A DNA stretch of 64,000 bases from Vulcanimicrobiales bacterium (lineage in GTDB: Bacteria; Vulcanimicrobiota; Vulcanimicrobiia; Vulcanimicrobiales; Vulcanimicrobiaceae). This document shows, one piece after another, positions 40,990 through 51,000 of the stretch. The DNA lies in contig JBBRLI010000001.1 in assembly GCA_038231455.1 (NCBI GenBank), positions 128,001-192,000 on the forward strand, given 5' to 3'. The notes under the pieces were generated by a model. The model was not told the DNA's origin. It ran no database searches and saw nothing but the letters and a program-made list of their open reading frames with translations. Positions within the stretch are counted from its first letter, which is position 1. Each line of letters begins with the position of its first letter. The position numbers and the translations under genes are program-made.

Positions 40990-43626
40990 ATGCATTTCCT
41001 TCGCCGCGCGCTCGTTACGAGTCTAGTTGTCCTTGGGATTATTCTTGGAATTGGGAGGACCGAAGCCGAATCAACAAATCTCGATCGGTTCGATTTTAGT
41101 GCGCAAAATGAGACGGTTCGCTCGGTTCTTCTTCGGCTCGCACGCGTTCACAACGCGAGCATTGTTGTTTCGCAGGGAGTTACGGGTTACGTCACGCTCT
41201 CGCTAAAAAACGTTACGCTGCGCGATGCGCTTACGGCGATTCTTGAGCCGATCGGCGATACATACCAAGTTCGTGGAAATGTCTACGTCGTAAAAGCCGG
41301 CGCGTCAGTTTCCCTCGATGGCGCCGCTACGACGGCCCCGACGGTCTTAGCACTCTCGATCATTCCCGCAAAGGTTGGCCGCGAGGTTCTTAAACCGCTT
41401 TTTCCTTCTGCGGAGATACGGGTCGACGCACGTGCAAATGCGCTGGTCATCGTTGCGCCACCCTCAGATCTACAGTCGATGCGGACGGTTCTTCAGGGCA
41501 TTGACGTAAAGAATCCAACCGCCGATACGACCGAAGCGCTCTCGCTTCGAACTGCGAGTGGTGTTTCGCTGACCTCTCGACTACGCGCGGCATTCCCAAA
41601 GGCGAAATTCTTACCGGTTGGCTCCCGCCAGCTTTTGATTACCGCAACGCCAAATGAACTCACGCAAATTAAGGCCGCGGTCGCAGCGCTCGACACGCCG
41701 CCGCCTCAGCCGACCTCGATCACCGTAAATTCTGAAGCCGTCCGCTTGAACGTTCGCGCTCCGAGCGATGTTGCACGTTCTGTCGTCTCTCAGATACCTG
41801 GCGTGCGCGCCTCCGTTGCTGGCGGCGCGGTCGTGCTCTCCGGACCAACGGAACTCGTCTCGCGCGCGAAAGCTCTCATCGTGCAGCTCGACGTTCCGAA
41901 TTTTGGCGATCGCTATACACAAATTTATCGCGTCCGGACGGTCGATGCGACCTCCGTCGCCGACCTTCTCCGACGGAGTATTCGCAACATCGATGTTAGC
42001 GTCGATGCCTCACTCAATGCCCTAGCTATAAATGCAACCGCTGCGGACCACGCGCGGATCGCCGAGGCGATCGCACAGTTTGACGCGCCGGCCTCGACGG
42101 CGTCAACGAGTTTTTCCGGTATGCCTTCGACCGGTTCGAACGGATCCTCCGAGGTGATAACGTTAAAATCGTATATTCCCGGACAGGGGCAAGGCGCAAC
42201 CGACGCGGTCACTTCTATCTCTGCGGCTTTGCTTATCGCCGTCCCAGACGTAAAAGTAGCGCAGCTTCCGACGCCCGGTCAGATCGTCATTATGGGATCC
42301 CCGGCGAGTGTTCGCACGGCCCACGAATTCATCAATAAGGTGGACTTGATTCCACCGCTCGTCGTCTTAGATACGGAAGTTCTCGAGATAGACGAAAGCG
42401 TAGCAAAAAATCTCGGTGTGCAACTCGGCACCGCTGCTATTACGAGCCAATTTACGGAACAACAACCTCAAGCGACCGACGGTGCGACGCCGCGGCTCGG
42501 TCGCTTTCAAGCGTTGACGCGAACGCCGATCCAGTTTACGGCTCAGCTAAACTTGCTGATACAAAACGGCAAAGGGCGCGTTTTGGCCGATCCGCGCATC
42601 ACGACACTCTCGGGACACACCGCCACCATCCGCGCAGGCGACACGATTTCGATTCTGACTACGACGTCGGGCAACGCCGGGACAATTGCTACGACCCAGG
42701 TCCAGAGTTTCCAAACCGGCGTCACGCTCGATATTACGCCGTCGGTTACCCCCGATGGGGACATTATGGTGAGCCTACACCCGGTCGTGAATAGTCTTAT
42801 TGGCACAAATAACGGCGTTCCGGAGATTAGTACCCGTGATACCCAGACCACGGTCCATCTGCGCGATGACGAGACGCTAGTTATTGGCGGCCTCATCCAA
42901 GAGAACGAAACGCGGACAACGACCCGAATACCGTTTCTTGGAAACCTTCCGGTAATCGGTCGCGCTTTCCGCAACGACAACGTTCAAGGGCAGCGCAACG
43001 AGCTGATCATCGTCGTCACACCACATGTCGTGAAGCCGGGGACAACCGTACCGGGGCCTCGTCTCACCACATTCCCCTCGCCGCAGCCGCTACCAACGTT
43101 GCCGCCCACCGCGCAACTCCCCCCGCCCGTGGGTCAGCTTCCACGAACGGTACCGGTTCCAAGCCCAACCACGTTGCGGTCCGCGGCAAGCACGCAAATG
43201 AATCCGGCATCGCCGATGGCGAGCGGCACTGCCGCCGCTTCCCCGACACCGCAATCGCCGTCGCCAAGCGGTCTTTTACAAACAAATGTATTTGTGTTCG
43301 GCTCGCCGCCGCAAAGTAATTTTGCCAAGCCTACCGATGTCGTACAAATTCTCTATTGCACGCTATCGCCAACCGTCGCAGCGACGAATGGAACGCCGGT
43401 AAAAATCGCGGTCGTCACCACCTCAAACGCGAACGCCGTTCGCCTCATGATCGGCTCGCAAAGCGTGAACCTTGCACAAACGGGAATCGGACAGTGGCAA
43501 GCGTCGTTCCCATTCCCGACAACCGCGATTCCTGTGGGCCAGAGCAGCATTACGGCAACACTTCTGGCCCTTCGTATAGACGGCAGCAGCGCCAGCATTC
43601 CGATTTTGCTTTCGCTGGCTCCGTGA
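40990..43626 (+). CDS. Secretin (GspD/PilQ/SctC superfamily) with STN/N0 and repeated N domains and a long C-terminal extension
   Basis: Signal peptide; VTLSLKNVT; DARANAL; LADPRITTLSG, TGVTLDITP, LVIGGLI, IPFLGNLPVIGRAF, ELIIVVTP. Confidence 0.92.
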   Translation: MHFLRRALVTSLVVLGIILGIGRTEAESTNLDRFDFSAQNETVRSVLLRLARVHNASIVVSQGVTGYVTLSLKNVTLRDALTAILEPIGDTYQVRGNVYVVKAGASVSLDGAATTAPTVLALSIIPAKVGREVLKPLFPSAEIRVDARANALVIVAPPSDLQSMRTVLQGIDVKNPTADTTEALSLRTASGVSLTSRLRAAFPKAKFLPVGSRQLLITATPNELTQIKAAVAALDTPPPQPTSITVNSEAVRLNVRAPSDVARSVVSQIPGVRASVAGGAVVLSGPTELVSRAKALIVQLDVPNFGDRYTQIYRVRTVDATSVADLLRRSIRNIDVSVDASLNALAINATAADHARIAEAIAQFDAPASTASTSFSGMPSTGSNGSSEVITLKSYIPGQGQGATDAVTSISAALLIAVPDVKVAQLPTPGQIVIMGSPASVRTAHEFINKVDLIPPLVVLDTEVLEIDESVAKNLGVQLGTAAITSQFTEQQPQATDGATPRLGRFQALTRTPIQFTAQLNLLIQNGKGRVLADPRITTLSGHTATIRAGDTISILTTTSGNAGTIATTQVQSFQTGVTLDITPSVTPDGDIMVSLHPVVNSLIGTNNGVPEISTRDTQTTVHLRDDETLVIGGLIQENETRTTTRIPFLGNLPVIGRAFRNDNVQGQRNELIIVVTPHVVKPGTTVPGPRLTTFPSPQPLPTLPPTAQLPPPVGQLPRTVPVPSPTTLRSAASTQMNPASPMASGTAAASPTPQSPSPSGLLQTNVFVFGSPPQSNFAKPTDVVQILYCTLSPTVAATNGTPVKIAVVTTSNANAVRLMIGSQSVNLAQTGIGQWQASFPFPTTAIPVGQSSITATLLALRIDGSSASIPILLSLAP

Positions 43627-43947
43627 CTACCTAGTTCGAATCTTTTTCGCCAGAAGCGCCACGGATTTTTCGAGTTCACTTACGCGCTCACTCAGCGTTC
43701 TTGATGCCTTGCCTTCGTCACTACCCAAAGCAAGGTACCGAACGTCGACATCGAGGGCTTCTGCAAGACGAAGACCGACGACGAGACTCGCACTCTTCGT
43801 CTGACCTGACTCCATTTGGCGAATGGCCCCTTCGGTAACACCCACCATGTGCGCAAGGGCACTTGGTGTTAGCTCCGCGTCGACGCGAAGTCGGCGCAAT
43901 CGATCCCCAAAGGTCTCCATGGCTCGCGCCTTGCGCGCTGCGGGCAT
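43627..43947 (-). CDS. XRE-family HTH transcriptional regulator (start may be ATG 43920)
   Basis: FGDRLRRLR...LT..ALA..VGVT..AIRQMESG...LAEALDV..RYLALG. Confidence 0.88.
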   Translation of the reverse strand: MPAARKARAMETFGDRLRRLRVDAELTPSALAHMVGVTEGAIRQMESGQTKSASLVVGLRLAEALDVDVRYLALGSDEGKASRTLSERVSELEKSVALLAKKIRTR

Positions 43948-44140
43948 CTGATCCCGCCTGCGTCGAGGTATAGTTTAGGACGAAGGGCTTGATTTCAATG
44001 CGACGAAGGGGCACATCGCTACCGCTTTCCGGGTGTATTTTGATGAACGATTATCAGCCAAACTTGCCAAGGACTCGGACTGGTTCCTTGACTAGGACCA
44101 GTATTAAATTCATGGCTTTCGCAACTCGGCTAGTGCCGTT

Positions 44141-44443
44141 TTGGGGCAACGGATGCTGAGAGATACCGCTCCCTCGTACATGGACGACGGTGACACGGAA
44201 GAAGTGTCCGACAATCTTGGAACGCGCCTCCAGAACGATCTAAAGGACGGGCTAGCGAGTTTAGGCTTAGAGCTGGTCGTAGAAGACAGTATCGGCGTTA
44301 TCGCCCTGCGCGTGGTAAACGATAACAACGTCGGTACTGCTTACCTCGAAATTCGCGACGGTGGCTTACAGATTCGGGTAATCCTCGCAAACGATCAAAA
44401 CGTTGAAATCGCGGGTGCTCGGCGCGCAGGATCAGCGGCATAA
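44141..44443 (+). CDS. Small acidic hypothetical protein (start uncertain)
   Basis: Fills the gap divergent from the XRE gene; protein-like composition. Confidence 0.45.
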   Translation: MGQRMLRDTAPSYMDDGDTEEVSDNLGTRLQNDLKDGLASLGLELVVEDSIGVIALRVVNDNNVGTAYLEIRDGGLQIRVILANDQNVEIAGARRAGSAA

Positions 44444-44499
44444 GCGAAGGCACTCGCTGCGCAGCGGACGCGAAATTCGCCGTCTATCTCACCCTTGTC

Positions 44500-45741
44500 T
44501 TGAGCTGGATGTTGTTTTGGGCAGCGCCGGCCGCGGCTGAAAAGACGATCTTCTCCGCGCCGATTAACCACAACGAACTGGGGAATCAAGCAGCCGAACG
44601 CGGCGACCTTCCCACAGCTCTTGCCGAATACACACGGGCCATCATACAAACGCCGGATATTCCGGAACCGCTATACAATCGCGCGGTGACGTATTCGAAA
44701 TTGCATCGTGATTCGGAAGCCCTTGCCGATGCGCTTGGAACCATCAAGATAGCGCCGCTTTTCTCCGAAGGGTTCGCACTGTGCGCACGACTCTATCGCG
44801 ACGCCGGCGACCTGGAAAAAGCCGATCGTTCGATCGAGGGCGCGCGATCGCTTCAGCCTGAGCGAGCCGCGTATGCCGTCCTTGCGGCCGACATCCGTGA
44901 GCGTGAACATCGGATTTCCGACGCAGCTTCGTTGCTTGCGACGGTCGTCGCAAAGGACCCACGCGATAGCGAGTCCACTTACAATTTGGCACGGCTGCGA
45001 ATCGAGCAACATCGCGATGCCGAAGCCGTTCCGCTTCTCAAGCGCTACGCGACGCTCGTTCCAGGCGCCACCGACGTCATCACGCTCGTCCCAGAGATCT
45101 ATCTCAACGCAAATCGTCCGGTCGACGCGCTAGACTGGCTCGATCATCATCCCGAGAAAAGCGAGAGCGCGATCGACAATCGCGCCCGCGCGCTTCTGAT
45201 GCTTGGCAGAAAATCAGAAGCGGCCGTTCTGCTTGCCGAAAATCCAATTGCAGTTTCGACGTATCGAGAGCGCGTTCGCGGCGATCTTGAACTCCGTGCC
45301 GGTGATTGTCCGGCAGCAGAAAACCACTATGCGGCAGCAAGCGCGAATCTCAAGCCGACGACCGCGGCCACGCGCGAAGAGAACTTCTCTACCTGGAGAA
45401 ACTTTGCTGTTGCACATATCTGCGCCAATCATGCGCAACAGGCGATCGCGGCGCTCGACAATGCTTTAGTAATCGAGCCATCAGACGCGCTCGCACTCCG
45501 CTACCGAGCCGATGCACGCCGGGCCAGTGGCGACATCCCAGGTGCAATTGCCGATGCGACGCGAGCCCTGGCCCACGATCCAAAGGACGCGAACCTCCTG
45601 ATGATGCTTGGAGTCGACGAGTACCGGACCGGCAAACACGCTCGGGGCGCCGCACACTACAGACTTGGATGCGACCTTCTCGCGAGTGACGAAACCGTGA
45701 AGCGAGCGGCCTGCGCGCAGCAACTTCCAAAAATGCAGTAA
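44500..45741 (+). CDS. Tetratricopeptide repeat protein, probably exported
   Basis: Repeated A...Y..AL...P TPR pattern; hydrophobic AAPAAA-E N-terminus. Confidence 0.85.
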   Translation: MSWMLFWAAPAAAEKTIFSAPINHNELGNQAAERGDLPTALAEYTRAIIQTPDIPEPLYNRAVTYSKLHRDSEALADALGTIKIAPLFSEGFALCARLYRDAGDLEKADRSIEGARSLQPERAAYAVLAADIREREHRISDAASLLATVVAKDPRDSESTYNLARLRIEQHRDAEAVPLLKRYATLVPGATDVITLVPEIYLNANRPVDALDWLDHHPEKSESAIDNRARALLMLGRKSEAAVLLAENPIAVSTYRERVRGDLELRAGDCPAAENHYAAASANLKPTTAATREENFSTWRNFAVAHICANHAQQAIAALDNALVIEPSDALALRYRADARRASGDIPGAIADATRALAHDPKDANLLMMLGVDEYRTGKHARGAAHYRLGCDLLASDETVKRAACAQQLPKMQ

Positions 45742-45786
45742 GATCGTCTACAAAGGTCGGGCACGGTCGCGGCGAACGCCTTCGAC

Positions 45787-46746
45787 GTGTCGACGGTCGT
45801 TCGTTTTCCGCCCACGTTTTTTGGCATCGCGTTCGGGCTCTTCGGTCTTGCACGCGTCTGGAGAGAGGCCGCGCCTGCGTTCGGTCTCCCGATCGTCTTC
45901 GGCGATTCGCTCGCACTTCTGGCTGGTGCGATCTACCTCGGATTGCTGGCTGCGCTCATCGCAAAGGCGATGGTGGCGCCTGCGAAGATTCGATCGGAGC
46001 TAACGCATCCGATCTTGGGAGCTTTCTACGCGCTGGTACCGATCGACGCACTGCTTTTTGCGCTCAATCTGCGCTCGATACTCGGTCCATCGGCTCTCCC
46101 GATCGTGGTCGTCGCTCTTGCCGTTGGAAGCATCTATGCGAGTTGGATCACCGCGTCGTGGATCGCGCGTGTCGATCGCAAGCCTGACGATCTGAACTAC
46201 GGGTATTTTCTTCCGACGGTTGCGATGGGCTTGATCGGTGGCGACTCCCTCGCGGTCCTCGGATACCCGGCGGTCGGCACGATGTATTTTGGCGTCGGCA
46301 CGATTAGCTGGGTCATCTTGGCATCGATCTTTGCTTATCGCGCGATCGCAGGTGCACCACGCATCGGCGCGGCCTTACTGCCGACCCTCGCGATCGAGCT
46401 GGCACCTGCGGCCGTCGTCGGAAACGCTTACCTTTCCATCACCGGAGGGCACAACGGCATGATCGTCCTGGCGCTTGCGGGCTATGCGGCATACACGGTG
46501 CTTCAGCAACTTTTCCTCATTCCAATGTATCGTGTCGCGCCATTTTCGCCTGGCTTTTGGGCGTTTACGTTTCCGTGGGCAGCGTCGGCGACATTTGCAA
46601 TTCGCACGAGCGTCATCGCTCATGATGCCGTCGCCTCGGCGGTCGCAATCGTTCTCGCAACTGGCGTAACGGTGCTTATTCTTGGGATCGGCGTGCGCTC
46701 GCTCATCGCGATCGGTCGCGGGACATTCGTCCCAAAGCCAACGTAG
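45787..46746 (+). CDS. TDT family transporter (TehA/SLAC1-like)
   Basis: About 10 TMs; FGIAFGLFGL, ELTHP, FSPGFWAFTFP. Confidence 0.88.
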   Translation: MSTVVRFPPTFFGIAFGLFGLARVWREAAPAFGLPIVFGDSLALLAGAIYLGLLAALIAKAMVAPAKIRSELTHPILGAFYALVPIDALLFALNLRSILGPSALPIVVVALAVGSIYASWITASWIARVDRKPDDLNYGYFLPTVAMGLIGGDSLAVLGYPAVGTMYFGVGTISWVILASIFAYRAIAGAPRIGAALLPTLAIELAPAAVVGNAYLSITGGHNGMIVLALAGYAAYTVLQQLFLIPMYRVAPFSPGFWAFTFPWAASATFAIRTSVIAHDAVASAVAIVLATGVTVLILGIGVRSLIAIGRGTFVPKPT

Positions 46747-46790
46747 CAGAGTAAGCGAGCCCGCGTGATTTGATCGGGTATCAAACGCAA

Positions 46791-46961
46791 ATGAAACGCA
46801 CGCTCACCTCTTTGACGGCTGGAGCAATGTTGGCCAAGCTTGCCGCCGACCGCAAAGCGAACACCGTCCCCGTAGCGCCGATCGAAGACGTCCATCCATT
46901 CCCGAAGCCCGTCATCATCGACGAGCGTAAGGCGCCGAAAATGGATATCGCAGCGCCCTAA
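46791..46961 (+). CDS. Possible small protein (56 aa)
   Basis: ATG-initiated ORF filling the intergenic gap with host-like codon usage; no recognised family. Confidence 0.35.
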   Translation: MKRTLTSLTAGAMLAKLAADRKANTVPVAPIEDVHPFPKPVIIDERKAPKMDIAAP

Positions 46962-47024
46962 AAGCCGGGACTGGGACGCGCCGCGATGTTAATCTTGGCT
47001 TAAAGCATTGTCTCTACGCTAGAG

Positions 47025-49421
47025 ATGATGCAACGATCGATCCGTTCTGTTCTTTCTGCGACGGCGCTTGTCGGGCTGCTGGCTACGAGCGCGCAGGCCG
47101 CGACGCTCGTTCCCGACGGACGCGCCATCTCGCCGACTGGCTTTACAATTCCCGTCGAAGGCTTCGCAGCGGCATCCGCGCTCTCGCCCGATGGGAAGTG
47201 GCTCGCGGTGCTCTCGACCGATGGCGGTGCGATCGACATTGTCAGCACGGGAAAATCGATGCTTGTCGAGCGCCTCTCCGCGAGCAGCGCATCCGGCCTA
47301 GCCTGGACGACCGACGGTTTATTCGTTACGCGCGGCTACACCGGAACGATCTCGCGCTTCTCCTACGATATAGCCGCCGGCAAAGCGACGTTTCCCAAGC
47401 GCGCCGACATCAAGCTAGCGGCGGGCCTTGCAAATGGAATTGTCGAGGACCCGACCTCACATACGATCGTGGTCGCGCGCACGGCCGAACATACCGTCCT
47501 CGTCATCGACGATACGAGAGGGGCCATCGTCCGCACGTTGCAAGCATCTGACGAACCCTACGGCGTCGCGCTCGTTGGAGATACGATCGTCGCGTCACTG
47601 TATAATACGGATCACGTGGATGCTTGGCGAGCCGGAGCGACCGACGCCGTGCACGTTCCGACGGGCGCGCATCCTACGCAAATGCTGGTTGACGGCGGAC
47701 GCGTGTTTATTGCCAATGCCGACGGCCGCGATGTCGTCGCGATCGATGGGACTACGCTTGCGGTGAGCAAACGTTTCGATCTGAGCATCGGTGCCGACGC
47801 CCCACCCGGGCAAACGCCCGCCGGCATGGCGATCTCAGGTGATAAGACGATGCTCTTCGTTGCGGAGTCGGGCTTCAACGATGTCGCCGTCATTGATATT
47901 GCCTCCGGCCGCACGCTCGCGCGCATTCCAACGGCGTGGTATCCAACGGCACTCGCTTTCGTATCGAATACGACGGTCGGCAAGAAAGACGCACGCGTCA
48001 AAGCGCAGCTTTGGATTACCTCGGCCAAAGGTCTGGGCTCCCAAGCCGATCCTGCTGGCGAGTGGAACGGCACGTATACCGGCCTTGTGCAGCACCTCGT
48101 GGTCGAACCGAACCGCTTCGCCGAGTGGAGCGCGCAAGTCGCTCGCAACGATAAATTCTCCGCGCCTGCAAGCGCACGGCGGCTCCCGCCGATCAAACAC
48201 GTCGTCGTGATCGTGCGTGAGAATAAACATTTCGATGAGGAATTCGCCGACGAACCCGGTGCAAACGTCGATCCTGCGCTCCTGCTCTACGGCAAAAAGT
48301 ACACACCGAATGGGCACGCACTGGCCGAGCGTTACGCCTTACTCGACAACTTCATGTCCGATGGGGAAGCGAGCATCTTTGGGCACGCCTGGGACGTCCA
48401 GGGAATGGCAAACGACTACCACGAGCGCAATGCGCACGTGCGCGATGCCGGTTCGCCCGAGGTGCACGCGCGCGTCGCGTGGTCGATCTGGCCGTACGCG
48501 CAATCGGGCGAGGACGTCCTCACCTCGGCCGATATGGACTTCGATTGGCTCCACGATCTGAGCGCACTCCCGAAAGGCCCGCGCGTCAACGTCAGCGCCG
48601 TCTTCGGTCCGCGCGGCGAACTCATCGACGAACTTCAACGTCGAAGCGTGAGCTTTCGGGTCTACGGCGAGCAAATGACGATGCGCGCCGACGGCACAAT
48701 CGTGCCGGGTCTTGCCGCGCACGGCCTCGCGACGTATCCCGGCGTCCACATCGACTTCGGCGTGCTTGATACGGATCGCGCGAAGATGTTTCTCGCTGAC
48801 GTCAAAGCGCAGGGTGGGCTATCGGCCTACACGTTTCTCACCTTGCCGACCGATCACACAACCGGGATGAAGCCCGGCTTCTATACACCCGTCTCGTACA
48901 TCGCCGACAACGACGTCGCAACGGGTCAGATCATCGCCGGTCTCTCGAAGCGTCCGGAGTGGCGCGACACCATCGTCATCGTGCTGCCCGACGACGCCCA
49001 GGGCACCGGCGACCACGTCGATAGCCATCGCATGCCCGTCTTCATCGCCGGGCCGTACGTACGCCGCGCGTTCGTCGATCACACGCGCTACAGCGTCCCC
49101 TCGGTGCTGCGCACCGTCGAAATGCTCTTTGGCGTACGCCCGCTCAACATCTACGATGCATCCGCAACACCGCTGTTCAACGCGCTCGCGAAACAGCCGC
49201 AGACAACCGCCTATGTGCCGCTTCCTGCGAACGTTCCGATCGTGAAAAACCCGGGGACCGCGACGGCGTATTCTTTCGACATCGACGGTGGCGACTCGTC
49301 CGACATTCCAAACCAAGAGTGGCAATCACTCAAAGGCAACGCGTCCCTTGACGCACATCTCGCGTACGTGAAACGGCTCGACCCCCGCGCCGTCGCCGTC
49401 CACGCTAGCGACGAACGCTAA
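47025..49421 (+). CDS. Secreted YncE/YVTN beta-propeller plus phosphoesterase (alkaline phosphatase superfamily)
   Basis: Signal peptide; IPTAWYP; IKHVVVIVRENKHFD; LPTDHT; DDAQGTGDHVDSHR. Confidence 0.85.
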   Translation: MMQRSIRSVLSATALVGLLATSAQAATLVPDGRAISPTGFTIPVEGFAAASALSPDGKWLAVLSTDGGAIDIVSTGKSMLVERLSASSASGLAWTTDGLFVTRGYTGTISRFSYDIAAGKATFPKRADIKLAAGLANGIVEDPTSHTIVVARTAEHTVLVIDDTRGAIVRTLQASDEPYGVALVGDTIVASLYNTDHVDAWRAGATDAVHVPTGAHPTQMLVDGGRVFIANADGRDVVAIDGTTLAVSKRFDLSIGADAPPGQTPAGMAISGDKTMLFVAESGFNDVAVIDIASGRTLARIPTAWYPTALAFVSNTTVGKKDARVKAQLWITSAKGLGSQADPAGEWNGTYTGLVQHLVVEPNRFAEWSAQVARNDKFSAPASARRLPPIKHVVVIVRENKHFDEEFADEPGANVDPALLLYGKKYTPNGHALAERYALLDNFMSDGEASIFGHAWDVQGMANDYHERNAHVRDAGSPEVHARVAWSIWPYAQSGEDVLTSADMDFDWLHDLSALPKGPRVNVSAVFGPRGELIDELQRRSVSFRVYGEQMTMRADGTIVPGLAAHGLATYPGVHIDFGVLDTDRAKMFLADVKAQGGLSAYTFLTLPTDHTTGMKPGFYTPVSYIADNDVATGQIIAGLSKRPEWRDTIVIVLPDDAQGTGDHVDSHRMPVFIAGPYVRRAFVDHTRYSVPSVLRTVEMLFGVRPLNIYDASATPLFNALAKQPQTTAYVPLPANVPIVKNPGTATAYSFDIDGGDSSDIPNQEWQSLKGNASLDAHLAYVKRLDPRAVAVHASDER

Positions 49422-49424
49422 GAA

Positions 49425-50831
49425 CTACTCGGCAGCGGCGGCACTAGAGCCATGGCCTTGGTCGGGACCGATCCAGACCGTTTGAATGTTCGTGAACTCG
49501 CGGATGCCAAACCATGAGAGTTCGCGCCCGTAGCCGCTGTGTTTCACGCCACCAAAGGGCAGCCGCGGATCGCTTGCCGTCATCCCATTGATGAAGACCC
49601 CGCCCGATTCTAGCCGGGCGGCGATTGATTTTGCCCGCTCCAGATCGCGTGTCCAAAGATTGCCGCCCAACCCGTAGCGCGAATCGTTGGCGAGCTTCAC
49701 CGCATCATCGGCATCCTTCGCGCATATGACGGCGGCGGCCGGGCCGAACGTTTCCTCATCGAACATCGGCATACCGGGCGTTACATCGAGTACGATCGTC
49801 GGTTCGAAGTAAAAACCGTCGCGCTGGGCTTCGCTCCCACCGAGCGCGAGCCGACCACCCCGCGTCACGGTTTCTTTCACAAGTCCCGCAAGCGTCTCGC
49901 GCAGATCGTGCCGCGCCATTGGTCCCATCGTCGTCGTGCGCTCGCGCGGATCGCCGATTACCAGCTTCTTCGCCTCGGCGATGAATCGCTCGCTAAACGC
50001 ATCGTAGACCGCACTCTCAACGATAAAGCGCTTCGCTGCGATACAACTCTGACCGCTGTTTTGAAAACGAGACTTGACCGCCATCTTTGCCGCAGCATCA
50101 AGGTCGGCGTCGGCGAGGACGATAAACGCATCCGAACCGCCGAGTTCGAGGACCGTCTTCTTCAAGTTACGGCCAGCCGCGCCCGCGACGGAGACGCCCG
50201 TTTGTTCGCTTCCCGTGAGCGTCACGGCGACGATACGCGGATCGTCGATCATCTTCTCCACTTCTTTGCCGGGAACGATGACCGAAGCAAAGGTCCCCTC
50301 GGGAAATCCGGCCTCGCGCAACACACGCTCGATTTCAAGCGACGACCGGGTCACGTTGGTAGCATGTTTGAGCACGCCGACATTGCCGGCCATCAGCGCA
50401 GGCGCCGCGAACCGGAAAACTTGCCAGAACGGATAGTTCCACGGCATCACCGCGAGCACCGGACCAAGCGGACGATACGCAATGAAGCTCTCGGTCGCGT
50501 TCGACCTCACCGATTCTTCGGCGAGAAATCCGGGGGCGTGTTCGGCATAGAAGTCGCAGGCGCTCGCGCACTTCTCGATCTCGGCTTCGGCCTCGACGAT
50601 CGGCTTGCCCATTTCGCGGGTGATGATCTCGGCCAGTCGCGACTTTCGTTCACGAAGCAATTTCGCGGCTGCGCGCAGCTTTGCGGCCCGCTCGTCAAAC
50701 GACGTGGTCCGCCAATCGTGGAAGGCGGTTCGAGCACGTTCCAGCGTCGCATCGAGCCGGATTGCGGTAAACGGTTCGAACGCATCGAGGGTGCGCCCAG
50801 TCGATGGATCGGTCGTCGAAATGGTTTGCAT
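49425..50831 (-). CDS. NAD(P)-dependent succinate-semialdehyde dehydrogenase-like ALDH
   Basis: MPWNYP, TGSE, LELGGSD, NSGQSCIA, EETFGP, PFGGVKHSGYGREL. Confidence 0.92.
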   Translation of the reverse strand: MQTISTTDPSTGRTLDAFEPFTAIRLDATLERARTAFHDWRTTSFDERAAKLRAAAKLLRERKSRLAEIITREMGKPIVEAEAEIEKCASACDFYAEHAPGFLAEESVRSNATESFIAYRPLGPVLAVMPWNYPFWQVFRFAAPALMAGNVGVLKHATNVTRSSLEIERVLREAGFPEGTFASVIVPGKEVEKMIDDPRIVAVTLTGSEQTGVSVAGAAGRNLKKTVLELGGSDAFIVLADADLDAAAKMAVKSRFQNSGQSCIAAKRFIVESAVYDAFSERFIAEAKKLVIGDPRERTTTMGPMARHDLRETLAGLVKETVTRGGRLALGGSEAQRDGFYFEPTIVLDVTPGMPMFDEETFGPAAAVICAKDADDAVKLANDSRYGLGGNLWTRDLERAKSIAARLESGGVFINGMTASDPRLPFGGVKHSGYGRELSWFGIREFTNIQTVWIGPDQGHGSSAAAAE

Positions 50832-51000
50832 CAGCGATAATTTCCCCGCTTACAGCCGTTGACAAACGGAGATCGAAGGCCGGGCCGGAGTTCGAACCCA
50901 CCATGCAGCAAACAACGCCGTCCCGGTCGTGTCTCTCGTTTTGTTCAGAACTTCGTAAGGAACTAATCATCACCGCTCGCGGAAGGGTACCCCACATCAG

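Noticed and set aside
35362-44500. Prophage or integrative element explanation for the RHS-secretin-XRE block (e.g. filamentous phage pIV)
   Set aside because: No integrase, Zot/pI ATPase, Rep, coat genes or flanking direct repeats seen; the secretin is much larger than pIV
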